A DNA stretch of 63,325 nt, the filler included, from Choristocarpus tenellus KU-1152 (Eukaryota > Protista > Phaeophyceae), in the NCBI GenBank assembly GCA_964200185.2. It is 11 parts of 11 records of this genome, joined end to end, with 100 filler letters (N's around TTAATTAATTAA, not from the genome) between each part and the next. Parts side by side here need not be neighbours in the genome. Positions count along the whole stretch, not along the records: positions 35,883 to 38,836 come from CAXNAD020023399.1; positions 38,937 to 42,327 come from CAXNAD020020351.1; positions 42,428 to 45,361 come from CAXNAD020023537.1; positions 45,462 to 48,266 come from CAXNAD020024594.1; positions 48,367 to 52,283 come from CAXNAD020017158.1; 6 more parts are not named here. One strand, given 5' to 3'. The position numbers and the translations under genes were made by a program. Under the pieces are notes generated by a model that did not search any database, was not told the DNA's origin, and saw nothing but the letters and a program-made list of their open reading frames with translations. Below, in pieces: positions 35,883-48,390 of this stretch; position 1 is the stretch's first letter, and each line of letters begins with the position of its first letter.

Positions 35883-38648
35883 CTCTTGACTTCGTGTTCA
35901 TGTCCGTAGACGCCGCGAACCAGACAGCACACGCCCTCCCAGCACTTTACCCACCTACCCACGGCGGTGACAGGTAACCACACGCACGCATAGTCCATCC
36001 GAAAACAACTTTGCAGCCGCACGCGGAACAGAATAGACGACCCTGTTTTATTCTACGAATGAGTGCAAAGTCCCAAGAAATAATCGCCAAAACCAACGCA
36101 TATAATTGCACTACCTATTCCGTTCATCATGATGACGACGCACCGTAGAAACTTTCTTTACACGTTCTTTTCGCTCATGTCCTTCTTATCAGGGGGTACT
36201 CCGAGCACCAGAAGATCATGACCGCATATGTCGAAGGCCAGTTCGCGGAGGTCTTCTTCACTCCTATCAATCTTGGAGGAGGTACGTATTGTGGGTCGTG
36301 GCAAACAATCATATGACTGAATAGATGCTGGTTGCTCACGCACTACTTGATTTACCGTCGTGGCGAGTGGACCTACCGTAGTTTCAATCCGTAAGGACGA
36401 GTACATCCTTAGACGATGTGCCTACAGATACCACAGGCCTAGTGAACAGTCGATTAACTGATGATGCGCTCTGCTCCCCTGCCCTCCTACGCCTCAGCGT
36501 AGGGATAGGGCGAGAGGAGCGTAAGAAATAATCAACGGGTGGTGGAGATCACAGATATGTACATCAGCCGTATGGGTGTATGTGCTCTACATTGCATAAA
36601 CATATTACATTACCCCTCTTTTAGCTCGAAATAAACAATGCATAAGTAAGCAGAGTACTTATTACCAACAGTTGTTCAACATCATTGTTCGCGCAGGTTG
36701 TAACCTTGTCTGCACAGCCACCCACCTTGCCCTCACAAGGCTTATCGACAAGTACCGCAACAGCCTCGATCACTCAGGGAATCGCATCATCCAGCACGCG
36801 CATTGGCAGGTAAGAAGGTTTCATCTTGACACGACCTACTCAACACATACTCGCTGAAAACCGGTCACCAAGTAACTAACTGCACAGTCTTTAGTTTTGG
36901 TTTGTGTGTTGCAACCTGCATGTATCATGGCGGTGATGTAGAGCTTGCGCTCTAGCAGTACTGACAACGACTACCCTGTTCCTCCACGAAACGCAGCGAA
37001 ATGGGCTGACATATCGGCCTCACGCCTATTCCTCCCTCGCTCCCAACTGCCCAAACTGGCCAGGTCGACAACTGCGTCTCAGAGAACAAGAACAATTTCT
37101 TTCTCGGATATGCTAGGCTGTTAGTTGCGGTGAGTGCCATTCGTGTGGTCAAGATACATTATATGATGGTGGGGCACACGCACCTCAAAAGCGATCAGAT
37201 CTTCTCCAGGTAATTAGGCAAGATATGCAAGTTCGATAGCCACATAGTGTTTTTGTACGGACAGATACTGCCTTGAGGCTTGCAGCTCACGCTTGTTGCA
37301 TCCATGGAAGGTTTATGGTCGTACACTGTAATTGATTGATTGGCTATTGATTTCCCCCCAACAAAATTGAACGATACGTGCAGCTGCCAAATTTGTTTCG
37401 TAACATACTCTCGAAACAAAACAACAAAAAAATGTACGCATCACCCCTTTTTATATCTATACTTCCATATACATGCATTGGAGCATGGGCCTGCAAATAT
37501 ATCTTGCTTTTCCACTTCGCTTCTTTCGCCCCCGCCTCAAAATTAACTTGCGTGGATTTCACCTTCAGGTTCTCACGTGGTATAAAAGGCAAGAACATAT
37601 TCACAAGAACACAGCTGGGCGAAGAGCTGCAGGCCTCTTAAACGGAGGTTCCAGTATACTGCAAGACCCTGCGGAATGAGGGAAACTTCAAGGGACTCCT
37701 TTGCGATCGCGTCAACCGTGTCCCCAACATCACGAGCTACAGAGCTTTTCGCGTTGAAAAAGGCGGTGATGGGCGGGTGAAGGTTAGCGTTAAGCCATAC
37801 ATGCACAGCACCGAATGGAATGGGATAGGCGGAGACCTTGCTATGGACCCCAATAACCCTCCGCACGACCTCTTCATCGACCACCCGCCTCGTATCCTAG
37901 ATGCACTACCCTACCAGCTTAAGAGCGTTCCCAAAGATATCATTCGGAAGGTGGAGCAGCGGTACCAGGCGTCGCACGAGCACCTCGCTGCTGCGTACCC
38001 TCTGGGTAAGTCGATTTTTTCGTGAGGGGAGTTGATAGCTAATTTTGGTATTCGGTGGCAGCCAAAACAATCAGGTGCAACATCTGTAAGAGGCAGCCTT
38101 TACAGCCTTTAGAAAAAACATCTTGAAAAATATTGCATTCTCAAGCGTAGTGATCGTCGCATGTTACAATAAAGAGTACCACAGATTACCCCCGATAAAT
38201 GTTTTGAGTGTACTGGTCTTGTACTCAACAGACACGATTCTGACGAAATATACACCCTCCCTCTCACCGCATGCTCCCCGAGCGCATTCATGAAACCTCA
38301 CGCCTAGTAACAAAGTAACATTCATGCTTCCATATCGTTGATGTTCTCGTGCTCATGGATTCCACCTTCGCAGACGATGAAGCCATTCAGAGAGCGAAAC
38401 ACGAGCAAAGTAAGTCTGTGCGGCTTCTCAAAAAGACAGGGGAACGAGATTTCGACCTCCCAGTCCACTGGCTTCCCACCGATGACGATGGCGCTGGAAT
38501 TGGTACCAGCGATGTCGAAGACACCGACCAGGGCGAACATTCGGGTGGAGGAGATAATCTTGTCAGCGGCGACAATGATCTCGGCGGGCTCGAGGAAACA
38601 CACACTTCCCCATCGGACAGTGACAAGGAAGAACCTGGCTCCCGTTGA
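35883..38648 (+). pseudogene. Intron-containing Sola-like (DDD) DNA transposase, one in-frame stop, 5'-truncated
   Basis: Exons 35883-35973 (FMSVDAANQTAHALP), 36697-36809 (GCNLVCTATHLAL...HAHWQ), 37064-37209 (VDNCVSENKNNFFLGY...YMMVGHTHLKSDQIFSR), 37569-38005 (TAA at 37639-41), 38374-38648 (acidic tail). DNCxxENKN and GHTHxxxDQxFS are signature motifs of this transposase type. Confidence 0.78.
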
Positions 38649-38781
38649 CGTGGTTGGCCTCGTGCTACGTTGACATCGGGGAACCATGGAAACCTCATCT
38701 CAGTGCAGGAAGGCAGGTTTGCCTTCTTTGTGGCAACTGAGGCGCCACTCTTGGTCGGCAAGATCCTAGTGGAGCGCGTCA

Positions 38782-38836
38782 GAGCCAAAGTATCTTAGAG
38801 GGTATGGCCGCGTCCATTTGGGGACCAAAATCCAAT
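38782..38836. mobile_element. MITE family A end at contig edge
   Basis: GAGCCAAAGTATCTTAGAGGGTATGGCCGCGTCCATTTGGGGACCAAAATCCAAT. Confidence 0.85.
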
Positions 38837-38936
38837 NNNNNNNNNNNNNNNNNNNNNNNNNNNNNNNNNNNNNNNNNNNNTTAATTAATTAANNNNNNNN
38901 NNNNNNNNNNNNNNNNNNNNNNNNNNNNNNNNNNNN

Positions 38937-39036
38937 GGGCAGTATTTTAAATTGAAAAAAAAAAAAAGTTGTTTTTCCCCACCACCCCCCCACACATAAA
39001 CCCCCCCCCCCCCCCCCCCCCCAGATACTTTGACGC
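38937..39036. mobile_element. Family B end at contig edge
   Basis: (C)n AGATACTTTGACGC. Confidence 0.6.
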
Positions 39037-40449
39037 ATTGGGTTTCTCATCCCTACGTGTATATACTAGGTAAAAAAACGTGACCACCAGGTTTCCCCAC
39101 ATGCACACCGCCAACACAGGAGGGTACCACCTAAAAAAAGGGGTTTGTAGTATCTTAAAGACGTCCAAGTGCTAGATATTGTGGAAAGCAGGTTTTCTGT
39201 TTATTATACCGTTATTATTATACCATATTCCTTTTACCATCATACCGATGAGGTGTTACAGGCGAATAGCGCGAGTATTTCTTCCCGTGCTTTAACCGTC
39301 GCGAGCAGTGTACTCGAGTGGGGAACCCCAAAAGGGGGAACTACGATTTGCTAAAAAGTTGCAGAATAAAATCTGTAACTCGGGAAAGTCGCAAGGGTCC
39401 CCCAGATGGAAAGGTCACAAAGTTTCTCAGATATATTCCAATGTCTGTAAACCAAAGAAGTCCCAGCGATAAATGATTATAAGAGATCCTAAAAACGGCT
39501 CCAAACAGCTCAGTTCTTCTGACCTAGAGACCCCACCTTTAGCATTCTCTCTTACTAATATCGAAGAACATACATTGTCTTATGCTAATTGATTAATTGA
39601 GAGTACCCCTGTTCTGCTGAGCTGACGTTTGTTAATGTGTGAATTGAATTTGAGTTGTACATCCTGTGGAGGTGAGTTCTGAGGGGTGCCTGTAACAGAG
39701 GTTCCTTGTTGGGAATCCCTGATTTCAGTGGAGGATATTTCTATGAGAATGAATCCATGGAATCTTTTCAAGAGACCAGTTCCACAGATATGGGATTGTT
39801 CTTCATTCAGAGTTGTCAAACATGAAAGATCACTCTGTTTTAACGTCTTGACATTTCTGATGATCCACCCTTACAGGATCCTCAGTAAGTCAATCTCCAC
39901 AGTTTTGTGCAAGCAGTCTTGCACTTGTCCAACCTTAACCTCATCCTCTTGGTTACGGTTAATCTTGGTCCGTCTGGTCCTACTTGCCCAGTGATTCTTT
40001 TCACCACCCTTGCCAGAGTGAACCTTGCTGCCACAAAATAACACAATTCATAATATGCCCACCACAATATCCCCGCAAAATCTCTTTTGGCTACACAGGG
40101 TTAGTGTATCATCAGTGCGCCACGTTGATTGAAGAGAGGACAATAATGGCAAACAGCTGCAGCAGAAGCAGAGATATGAAAATTGAATAGAGTACAGCAG
40201 GGAAGTGTAGCATCACACACTAAACAGAAGTAACATAGAAATACGGACAACTGTCACAGGTAGTCGGTATACAAACACTTCAAATATTGTGTGTGTGACA
40301 TCATAGAATAGATAGAGAGAGTGTCAGTGCCAAGGTGGTAGATTGAGGTTTGCAGAAGCAACGAGGAGGAGGGGAGTGGAAGTTCTGGAGGAGGTAAGAA
40401 TATTTAAACAATTGAATGCACTTGTATTTGATCTCAAGGTTGATAAGCA

Positions 40450-40523
40450 GGCGCCATGGCTTAGTTGGTTAGAACATGTCGTTGACATCGACAAGGTCCC
40501 GGGTTCGAACCCCGGTGGCACCT
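40450..40523 (+). tRNA. tRNA-Val(GAC), possibly a pseudogene
   Basis: Cloverleaf: acceptor GGCGCCA/TGGCACC (one mismatch), D arm GCTT-AGTTGGTTA-GAAC (one mismatch), anticodon arm TGTCG-TTGACAT-CGACA, T arm CCGGG-TTCGAAC-CCCGG. TTTT follows. Confidence 0.8.
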
Positions 40524-40822
40524 CATTTTACCTGTTCACTTTTGTCTTGAATGTTCAGTAATTTAGGAGAATGTCACCACGTATGGATGATGATGTGCGT
40601 ATTTTATGTTAATATTTCAGAATGGTAGAGAGTAGTATGCTGAAGCAAAGCGATGAAGCTGGATATGGGACTGACTGACCGAGGAAGATTAGAATTGATC
40701 AGAGAGATTGTGATATTGAAAAAAGAATCAGGGTTAGGTTTATGGACATGATGCCTCTCACTTAACTACACTAGTTAATCACTCTATGTGTATAGCTAGA
40801 TGTTGCACTACAACTGATTGTC

Positions 40823-41000
40823 TGTAAAAGTATCTTAGAGAGTACGAGTTTTGCCCTATTTGTCCATTTGGGGCTTGGCTTCCCATGTTTTGTTCTTTTT
40901 ACGTTTTCCTACTCCAAAATGTTTAAGAGTAGGTAAAATTTATACGTTATGAAAAGATGTGTCCGGAACATGAATATTGACACATCCTATCAAACACGAA
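40823..41000. mobile_element. Partial MITE family A copy
   Basis: AAAGTATCTTAGAGAGTACGAGTTTTGCCCT... up to CCTATCAAACACGA; the other end is missing. Confidence 0.8.
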
Positions 41001-41347
41001 TGCAGACCACATTCCCACTTTGATCCCTCTGGTTGTTTTGAATAGAGCGTGGATCACACAACTCCCACTGTAATTTTTTTCTTTGTATTGGAAGATTTGA
41101 TTAAGGGATCTTTGCCCCAATGCATCCAAACGGACATTGAAAGACACCCTCATTTTGTTCATATTGAATGGAAGGACGAAGGTTGCAAAGAATAGTTTAC
41201 GTTGTGACGAATGGGGTCTTACAGGTTCCACTTTCTGCTCCCCAAGCGGAGCCCGATCACATTGGGAAGAACCTGTGCGAAAAAGAGCACAAGCTGTGCG
41301 GCTCTGCCATTGAACATTGGTTGAAGAGGGTACCATCTTCTAGCCAA

Positions 41348-41603
41348 GAGCCAAAGTATCTTAGAGGGTAGAGCCGCGTCCATTTGGGGACCAAAATCCA
41401 TTGTTGCGATTTGGTGTAATTTTGGCTATCGTTTGTTAGGAAGTGTCAATATCCTTATTCCGGAACAACCTTTTCATAACTCATACATATCCCTACTCCG
41501 AAACATTTTGGAGTAGGAAAACGTCACGGAAAGAATCGTGGGAAGCCAAGAACCAAAATGGACAAACAGGGCAAAACCAGTACCCTCTAAGATACTTTCA
41601 CTC
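41348..41603. mobile_element. MITE family A copy, TSD CAA
   Basis: CAA|GAGCCAAAGTATCTTAGAGGGTA ... TACCCTCTAAGATACTTTCACTC|CAA. Confidence 0.93.
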
Positions 41604-42273
41604 CAAGTCAACTATCCCCGAGGGTTTTTCCCTTGCCTAATAATGTGTGGCATCGGGTGCATGCAAAGGAAAGTACCTCTGAACAATGCCCTGAAGTACT
41701 GTAATAGAAGAGTGAAGAATGAAATCATCCACGTTGCAGTTTAATTTTTGGAGCGACGATGATGATACCCAGTCAGCCAGCAAGTTACCGTAAGTGATTT
41801 CGTTTGGGGATCCCTCCAACCGCATGCCTGAAAAATGTGTGCAAGAACCTCAAACATCACTAAATCTCACTCCCCAAAAAAACGTTCCTTACATGATTCA
41901 AAAGCTTCACTCCATTTCCCAATACAACACGTTTATTCCCACATATTTTGGGACAATTTGGTTGATTGACATATTTTGAGCGGACCAGGCTAACCCATTT
42001 TGAATGGACTGGGCTGGTTCATTTTTTTCTGATAATCAGATATTTCAAGCACACCAGGCTCCATGGCAGCCCCGGTGAAACATATCATGGCCAATTGAGG
42101 ATCATTAGAGATGGTATCGGACTGGGGCATAGGCCAGCTTGCACCCTGATCTGGTCAACTGGTCCGGCTAAGTGCGATTCCCATGAAGAGGCCTCGATTT
42201 TATCATGTCCTTCCTCAGAAACTACACAAAGCAGGTCTGGAGTGAATTCGAAACAAGTGGGTATGTTGTCTTC

Positions 42274-42327
42274 GAGTGAAACTATCTTAGAGGGTACGAA
42301 TTTTTCCCTGTTTGTCCATTTGTGGGG
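42274..42327. mobile_element. MITE family A end at contig edge
   Basis: GAGTGAAACTATCTTAGAGGGTACGAATTTTCCCTGTTTGTCCATTTG. Confidence 0.8.
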
Positions 42328-42814
42328 NNNNNNNNNNNNNNNNNNNNNNNNNNNNNNNNNNNNNNNNNNNNTTAATTAATTAANNNNNNNNNNNNNNNNN
42401 NNNNNNNNNNNNNNNNNNNNNNNNNNNCACCCCTGTTGACCTGCCAATTTTTTCAACCTGGTTTTTTTTTTTTTTTTAAAACCCGTAAGACGTTCCAAAA
42501 GGCTCAGCAGTGTTTTTACGTGGGGGTGGGGATCAATCACCCCCATGATGCGTACCATGTTCTTACCTTGACTGGTGTCATTGTTAATACACATAACCTG
42601 ACCTGGCTGTCCACTAAGGACCCTAGTCTTGCCCCAGTAGGAGAGGCTGCCCCTGCTTTGCAAGAGGGGGGGGGGGAGATTGATGCAGACTCTCATTCTG
42701 AGGACAAGGTTTCCCATCCCAAAGCAGCATACTCACCATTAGATGTATAATCTATTTGTTCATCTCGCTCCTCCACTTCATCCCTCTCTGATGACTCTTC
42801 CTGTAGCGACGGAA

Positions 42815-43073
42815 GAGTAAAAGAATCTGAGAGGGTAGAGCCAGGTCCATTTGGGGGCCAAAATCCAATGTTGCAATTTTGATGTAATTTTGTCTATCAT
42901 ATTTGTTAGGAGATGTCAATATCCTTGTTCTGGACACACCTTTTCATAACTTATGCATCTTACCTACTCCGTAACATTTTTGAGTAGGTAAAATGTCATT
43001 AAAAACCTGTGAGAAGCCAAGCCCCAAATGGACAAACAGGGGAAAAATCGTAGCCTCTAAGGTACATTCACTC
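42815..43073. mobile_element. MITE family A copy (diverged)
   Basis: Full-length internal sequence with decayed TIRs; no clear TSD. Confidence 0.88.
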
Positions 43074-43079
43074 ATATAT

Positions 43080-44800
43080 GAGCAGCAATGGTGCAAGAAG
43101 AGAAACGGTGGTCTCCGTAGGGAAGGATGGAGTCACAAGGAAGTTTTGGCAACAGTACTCACCCCCCATACTCTGCCACCAGGATGTCCCACCCATAACG
43201 CCCATCAGGAACCATATCGGTGTCAAGCAGCTGTACAACATGGGGATTTATTTCCCTTGAAGCGCCTCGTATCTTCTCCTCCATCCTCAAAGTACCCTGA
43301 GGAGATACCTTGCAGGCAACCTAACTCAAATGCAAAGTAGATGGGTTGGGAAGAGGTATACCCACGGGGTGTGCACTCCTCCACAGAGGGAGAAGACAGG
43401 ATAAAAGTGGGAAGATCATCGTGCCACCTTTTCAGCTCATGCATTGAATGATGATGAAAAAGTTAAAAACGATTTGAGGCATGATGTGCCAATGGATGCA
43501 ACATCTATATTAGGCAACGGTAATATATTTGGTGTATGTAATCTTGGAAGAAACGTTTGGTAGAAAACCCAGGTTGAGATACTGAGCCAAAGTATCTTAG
43601 ACGGTAGGGTCGCGTCCATTTGGGGGTCAAAATCCAATGTTTCGATTTTGATGTAATTTTGGCTGTCGTGTTGGTTAGAAAGGGTCAGTATCCATGTTCC
43701 GGACACACATTTTCATAACATATACATTTTACCTACTCCTAAACATTTTGGAGTAGGATAGTGTCATAAAAGAACCCATGGGAAGCCAAGCCCCAAATGG
43801 ACAAACAGGGCAAAACTCGTACCCTCTAAGACACTTTCACTCACTCCAAGTACAAAAGGTGATACCAACCAGCCAAAGCGAGATATCTCTGGATGGAAGT
43901 GTAGGGTTGTGGTGATGAGTAGAGTATGATGCTTGATAAAACAACAACTCTGGTGGTATTGCCGCCATAACACTGCACTATATCAGTAGTTCTTAAAAAG
44001 AAACAATACAATAGTGTGTAGAACAAATCCAAGACATACTCTTGACAGAACCACATTCTATTGCACAGGATGGCCTAAGGTTCAGAATGACTTACCCTTC
44101 GGCTGGGCACTGAGGAGTGGTACATATCTTATAATGAAGGTACCACAATCTGACCCATGTGGACACATGAGTGTCCACTGCCGATCCTGGGTCCATCTGA
44201 GATGAACGTCGCAAGCCTGATGCCATACCGAAACTTCTAGTTAAAGAAACTGTGCAGGGCGACAATTTGGGAATAGTTCTCCCCTTCCTCACATGCGTCA
44301 TCCATCACCGCGAAATCTGATGAGAAAAGAGTAAACGAGGTTGATTGGGCATATCGCGATGAATAAATCCATGTAGGATCTGGCAAACATGACAATTTAG
44401 TTGGTAGTTGATGATAGTACTTGAGATTTGAACCATGGTCAACACCTGCGATGGAAATTCACCTTGCAAGTGCACTAATCCGCAATGGAGAATTAGAAGC
44501 AAGGAATGTGCATTTAACGCAGGCTCTACCGGGATAGAGCGCAGATGGTAAGGAAGGAATGGTGGTGCTAATCTCCAAAGTTTCTCTTCAACCGTTTGAC
44601 GAAAACGAATATAGGACGATTGTCCATCCTGAGTCATTCAGAAAGAAATGCTATAATGCGAGAGTCAATGGTGATACTAAGCTCACATCAAGCAGCACCA
44701 CAAGTGAAGAAACAGATTGCATGGGCGTTGTTGCTCAGTGTGTGGTCGTTTTCCTGAGGGGATAAAAACAGCATCACAATATCCAAGAATCAAACCGGCT
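43080..44800 (+). pseudogene. Highly degenerate Ty3/Gypsy pol fragments interrupted by MITEs
   Basis: VVSVGKDG...R (RT N-terminal VVxVxKxDGxxR-like) at ~43107; LVVDDST and NGELEARN (integrase-like) at ~44400-44515. Many stops. Confidence 0.35.
43584..43842. mobile_element. MITE family A copy, 3-bp TSD ACT
   Basis: ACT|GAGCCAAAGTATCTTAG ... CCCTCTAAGACACTTTCACTC|ACT. Confidence 0.93.
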
Positions 44801-45461
44801 GTTTGAAACCGTTAAAAATCGTCCCTCCTTCGTTGGAGAACTGAGCACCAAGCTCAAGTCTTCTGTTGTACGGACAGAATGTGCTTGAGGTAGTATGTAC
44901 TATATATTGACAAAGACTGCTGTGCCAGATTTGGAGGATCATTGAACACTTCCAGTAAAATTATTGCTGGGTCAGATCTTCATAGATCTTTACATTCATA
45001 TTTCGAGGGCAGTACATAAAGTAGAGGTCATCACATGCAAACGTTAGCCCAGAGCAGTTGTAAGATGTTGTGAATTTTTCAATACTTAAGATATTGTTCA
45101 TATTGTTGTTTGAGACAGGAGTAATAACACGAACTACTTTTTCGATTGTGCGCATATCAATAAATTTTCTAAAAACCTTTTCTAACATTAATATAATGAG
45201 AATTGCGTACGTATAATTGATTTTAGTTGCAAATTTCTACTCTACAGTAGATGCGTACTATATACAATACCAACTAGAACTTAATAAAAATCAAACTATA
45301 TGTGGAAAGCATGTTTGTCTGTTATTATACCGTTATTGCCGTATGCCATATACCGTTATACNNNNNNNNNNNNNNNNNNNNNNNNNNNNNNNNNNNNNNN
45401 NNNNNTTAATTAATTAANNNNNNNNNNNNNNNNNNNNNNNNNNNNNNNNNNNNNNNNNNNN

Positions 45462-45971
45462 GGGATGGGCATCCCTTGCACTATGGAGGATGGTAGCCCT
45501 TTCACAGTGGGCAGGAATCTCCGCATAGATCTGGTGTTCCATGCAGGGGCACTAGCAGACGCTGGAACAGCTCCCTACAGGAGCGAAGGCCTTCTGCTAG
45601 ATGTCACCTTCGCAGAGGTACAGGCAACCTCCCACATTTCCCACTCATCCACAAGCAATAGTGTAGCTGCTGCTGCAGCCGAGGCGCGAAAGCACACCCA
45701 CTATTAGAGCTCCTTTGATCCTCGTAGTTATAACCTCAACACCTTCGCGGTGGAAAGATTGGGGCGCCCTGGCAAGCAAGCGGAATACTTCCTGGATGAG
45801 CTGGCTACTCACATGGTACGGGGGAGAGGAGCTGGAGGACATAGCAGGAAAGGAGTAGCTAAATCCTGTCTACGCCAAATTGTCTCGGAAACTATGCAAG
45901 TGGCACTGTCTAGACGTGTCATGCGTTTTAAGCTGGAATCACCAGGGAGATGGACACGGAGAAGTTCATAG
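45462..45971 (+). mobile_element. 3' end of an RLE-type (CRE-like) non-LTR retrotransposon, restriction-like endonuclease domain
   Basis: LRIDLV...LLLDVTF...AAAAAEARKHTHY*...FAVERLGRPGKQAEYFLDELA fits the RxD...DVT...ExxKxxxY...xxExxGxxG pattern of RLE domains. One stop. Confidence 0.65.
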
Positions 45972-46816
45972 GATTCTTGGGATGTCTCGTTAGCTCCTCC
46001 CGCGGCCGAGGTATCGATAGATTGGATACACGAGAGGGCAGTAGTACAACATAGATAGTGGTGAAGTAACATACGGATGAGGAATTTTCACATTTATGAC
46101 ATTTTATTTCTATAGGGCTTATACTGACAATGTGTATAGTTTTCATTGGTTTTCCCCTGACACATCTGCAAAATGTCAGAGGGCATAATAATATTATATA
46201 AAACTAATGTTAACCTTAACTCTAACTCTAAATTCAAGAAGGGGAAACTTGTAAGTAATCTGGTTGGTGTTCTGTTCACGAATTCTGGATTATTCCATAG
46301 CCTCGTCTTAGCCTTCCATCCACTCTCCTCCTCCTCAACCACTGCAAGGGCACTTCTTCCTTCCCTCCCCACAATATCATTGTTACCCCACTAACTATGT
46401 GGCCGAATCCGCATCTCCAGTCACCACAAAATGGCGAACTCGCCTATATCCAATGACCAACCAATGCGCCCAATCTTCGTGGCTGGTTTCTGGTCGCCAA
46501 AAAATGCGGTCAATTTACTCGAATCCACTCCACCTTCCTCCACAACAGGTTCCACCCCCACACTTTCCACCACGTTTTCCTACACCATACCACCGCATTC
46601 TCTACCACACCGCTCAAGACAACTCTACAATACTCCAAATTCATCCAAGAACACCAATCCACCATCCATTTCAATACCGTGCCTTTGAACTAGAATACAT
46701 CTACCCCGTCCGAACATGACCTCCCCTTCGAGCTGATATCTATATCTGAATCACAGTTTCACCTCCTGTCCCAGCTGCACCCAATCCTTCCTTCTCTCTA
46801 CCAAACCCTTCGATAC

Positions 46817-47603
46817 TCACACTGGGTCTCTTTGGTTGGCCCCAACATACACCATAAACAACCCCGACTCCCACCTTCCTTCCCTCTGTATCACTATTTC
46901 CGGTGCCCCCAATGTTGCCGTCCTTGTTCCTCCCCCATCCTGCCTTAAAGTAGGAGGTACTCCTCCAGTCTCAACTTGAGTTTTCCTTCCTGAGCCAAAG
47001 TATCTTAGAGGGTAGAGCCGCGTCCATTTGGGAGTCAAAATCCAATGTTGCAATTTGATGTCATTTTAACCATCGTGTTTGTTAGGAAGTGTCAATATCT
47101 ATGCTTCGGACACACCTTTTCACAACATATACATTTTACCTACTCGGAAACATTTCGGAGTAGGAAAATGTCATAGAAAAACCCACGGGAAGCCAAACCC
47201 CAAATGGACAAACAGGGTAAATCTCGTACCCTCTAAGATACTTTCACTCTCCTATCCTCCCCAAGACACACATTGCCTGACCTCTTGTAATCACTTTCAA
47301 CTTCTCACCATCCCTATATGCCATCACTGGAGTATCAGGTGGCAGGTCTAGTAAGCATTCCATGATTGCTACCACAACCTCAAAACTCCCCATGCCCTTC
47401 TCGTCCTCCTGCCCGTCCACTTTGTACCTCTTCAACGCCGCCCCCTTCCTACCTTTGTCTCCTTTTAACTCTGTGAATGTCACCTCTACTTTTTCTGCCT
47501 GGGGCCTATCCTTCCACTCCAGCCTGACTTTTCCCTTCCTCAACACCAAGTCTCTTCTCCTCACTGCAAAATCCCCATGCACCCCCCCTCTCTCATCATA
47601 CAC
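46817..47603 (-). pseudogene. Tyrosine recombinase C-terminal region of a DIRS/Ngaro-like retrotransposon, split by a MITE
   Basis: RRRDLVL...VEVTFTELKGDKGRKGA...[MITE]...IQREGRWESGLFMVYVGAN (GRW...Y catalytic region). A decayed HSGRxGG box lies in a shifted frame. Confidence 0.7.
46992..47249. mobile_element. MITE family A copy, 4-bp TSD TCCT
   Basis: TCCT|GAGCCAAAGTATCTTAGAGGGTA ... TACCCTCTAAGATACTTTCACTC|TCCT. Confidence 0.94.
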
Positions 47604-48366
47604 CCATAATTATGATGCTCTTTGCTAGAAAAAAGAATGATACTAACCCTAACCTCGTTAGTTCGTCTTCCCTTCCTAACATTGTCATATACTGTTTCGT
47701 CTCTACAATCACCCCTCATCTCAGTGGTCTCCTCATCTTATGCTGGCTACCCATCCTGTATGACCCTACCTAGCAGTACCCGGTGCTGTGGGTGCTGTAG
47801 CCTACTAAATGTCCCTCCCAGACCATTGACACCAATTTATCTCCATAAGCATGATCGTTGTGGACATAGACTCTTGCATCAAAAACGCGTAGGTGGGACA
47901 GGTCAGGGTCGTGGGAATGCTAGGCGTGGTAAGGGGTGTCATGGTTGACGGTGGAGGTGAGGGAAAGGTTGGTAAGGTGGGAGGCAGTGTCCATGACTTC
48001 AGACCAAAGTTGTTCAGGAAGGTCGGTGATGTTGACAAGCCAACGGGCTTTGGAAAAGATGGTGTGCCACTGACGTTCAGCTAGGCCATTATCCTGGGAT
48101 ATGTATGGGTTGGTGAACTCCTGACGAATGTGTGTATACTGTAGGTTGTTGAAACACTAGTAAACCCCTGAGCTACCGAGCAGAAAGTCAGGTGTTTCAA
48201 CAAAAGCTACTCCCGGGGATCGCAAGTTGTTAGACTTGTAGAGGTTTCGCCCGAGGGTTGCTATCCNNNNNNNNNNNNNNNNNNNNNNNNNNNNNNNNNN
48301 NNNNNNNNNNTTAATTAATTAANNNNNNNNNNNNNNNNNNNNNNNNNNNNNNNNNNNNNNNNNNNN

Positions 48367-48390
48367 CCCCCCCTCCAAGATACTTTGAGC
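48367..48390. mobile_element. Family B end at contig edge
   Basis: CCCCCCCTCCAAGATACTTTGAGCC. Confidence 0.6.

Noticed and set aside
2815-47351. Family of small similar ORFs (…NGQTGQN.YPLRYFHS, MLGSVNIL…)
   Set aside because: Chance frames across MITE family A copies; frames and starts are not conserved between copies.
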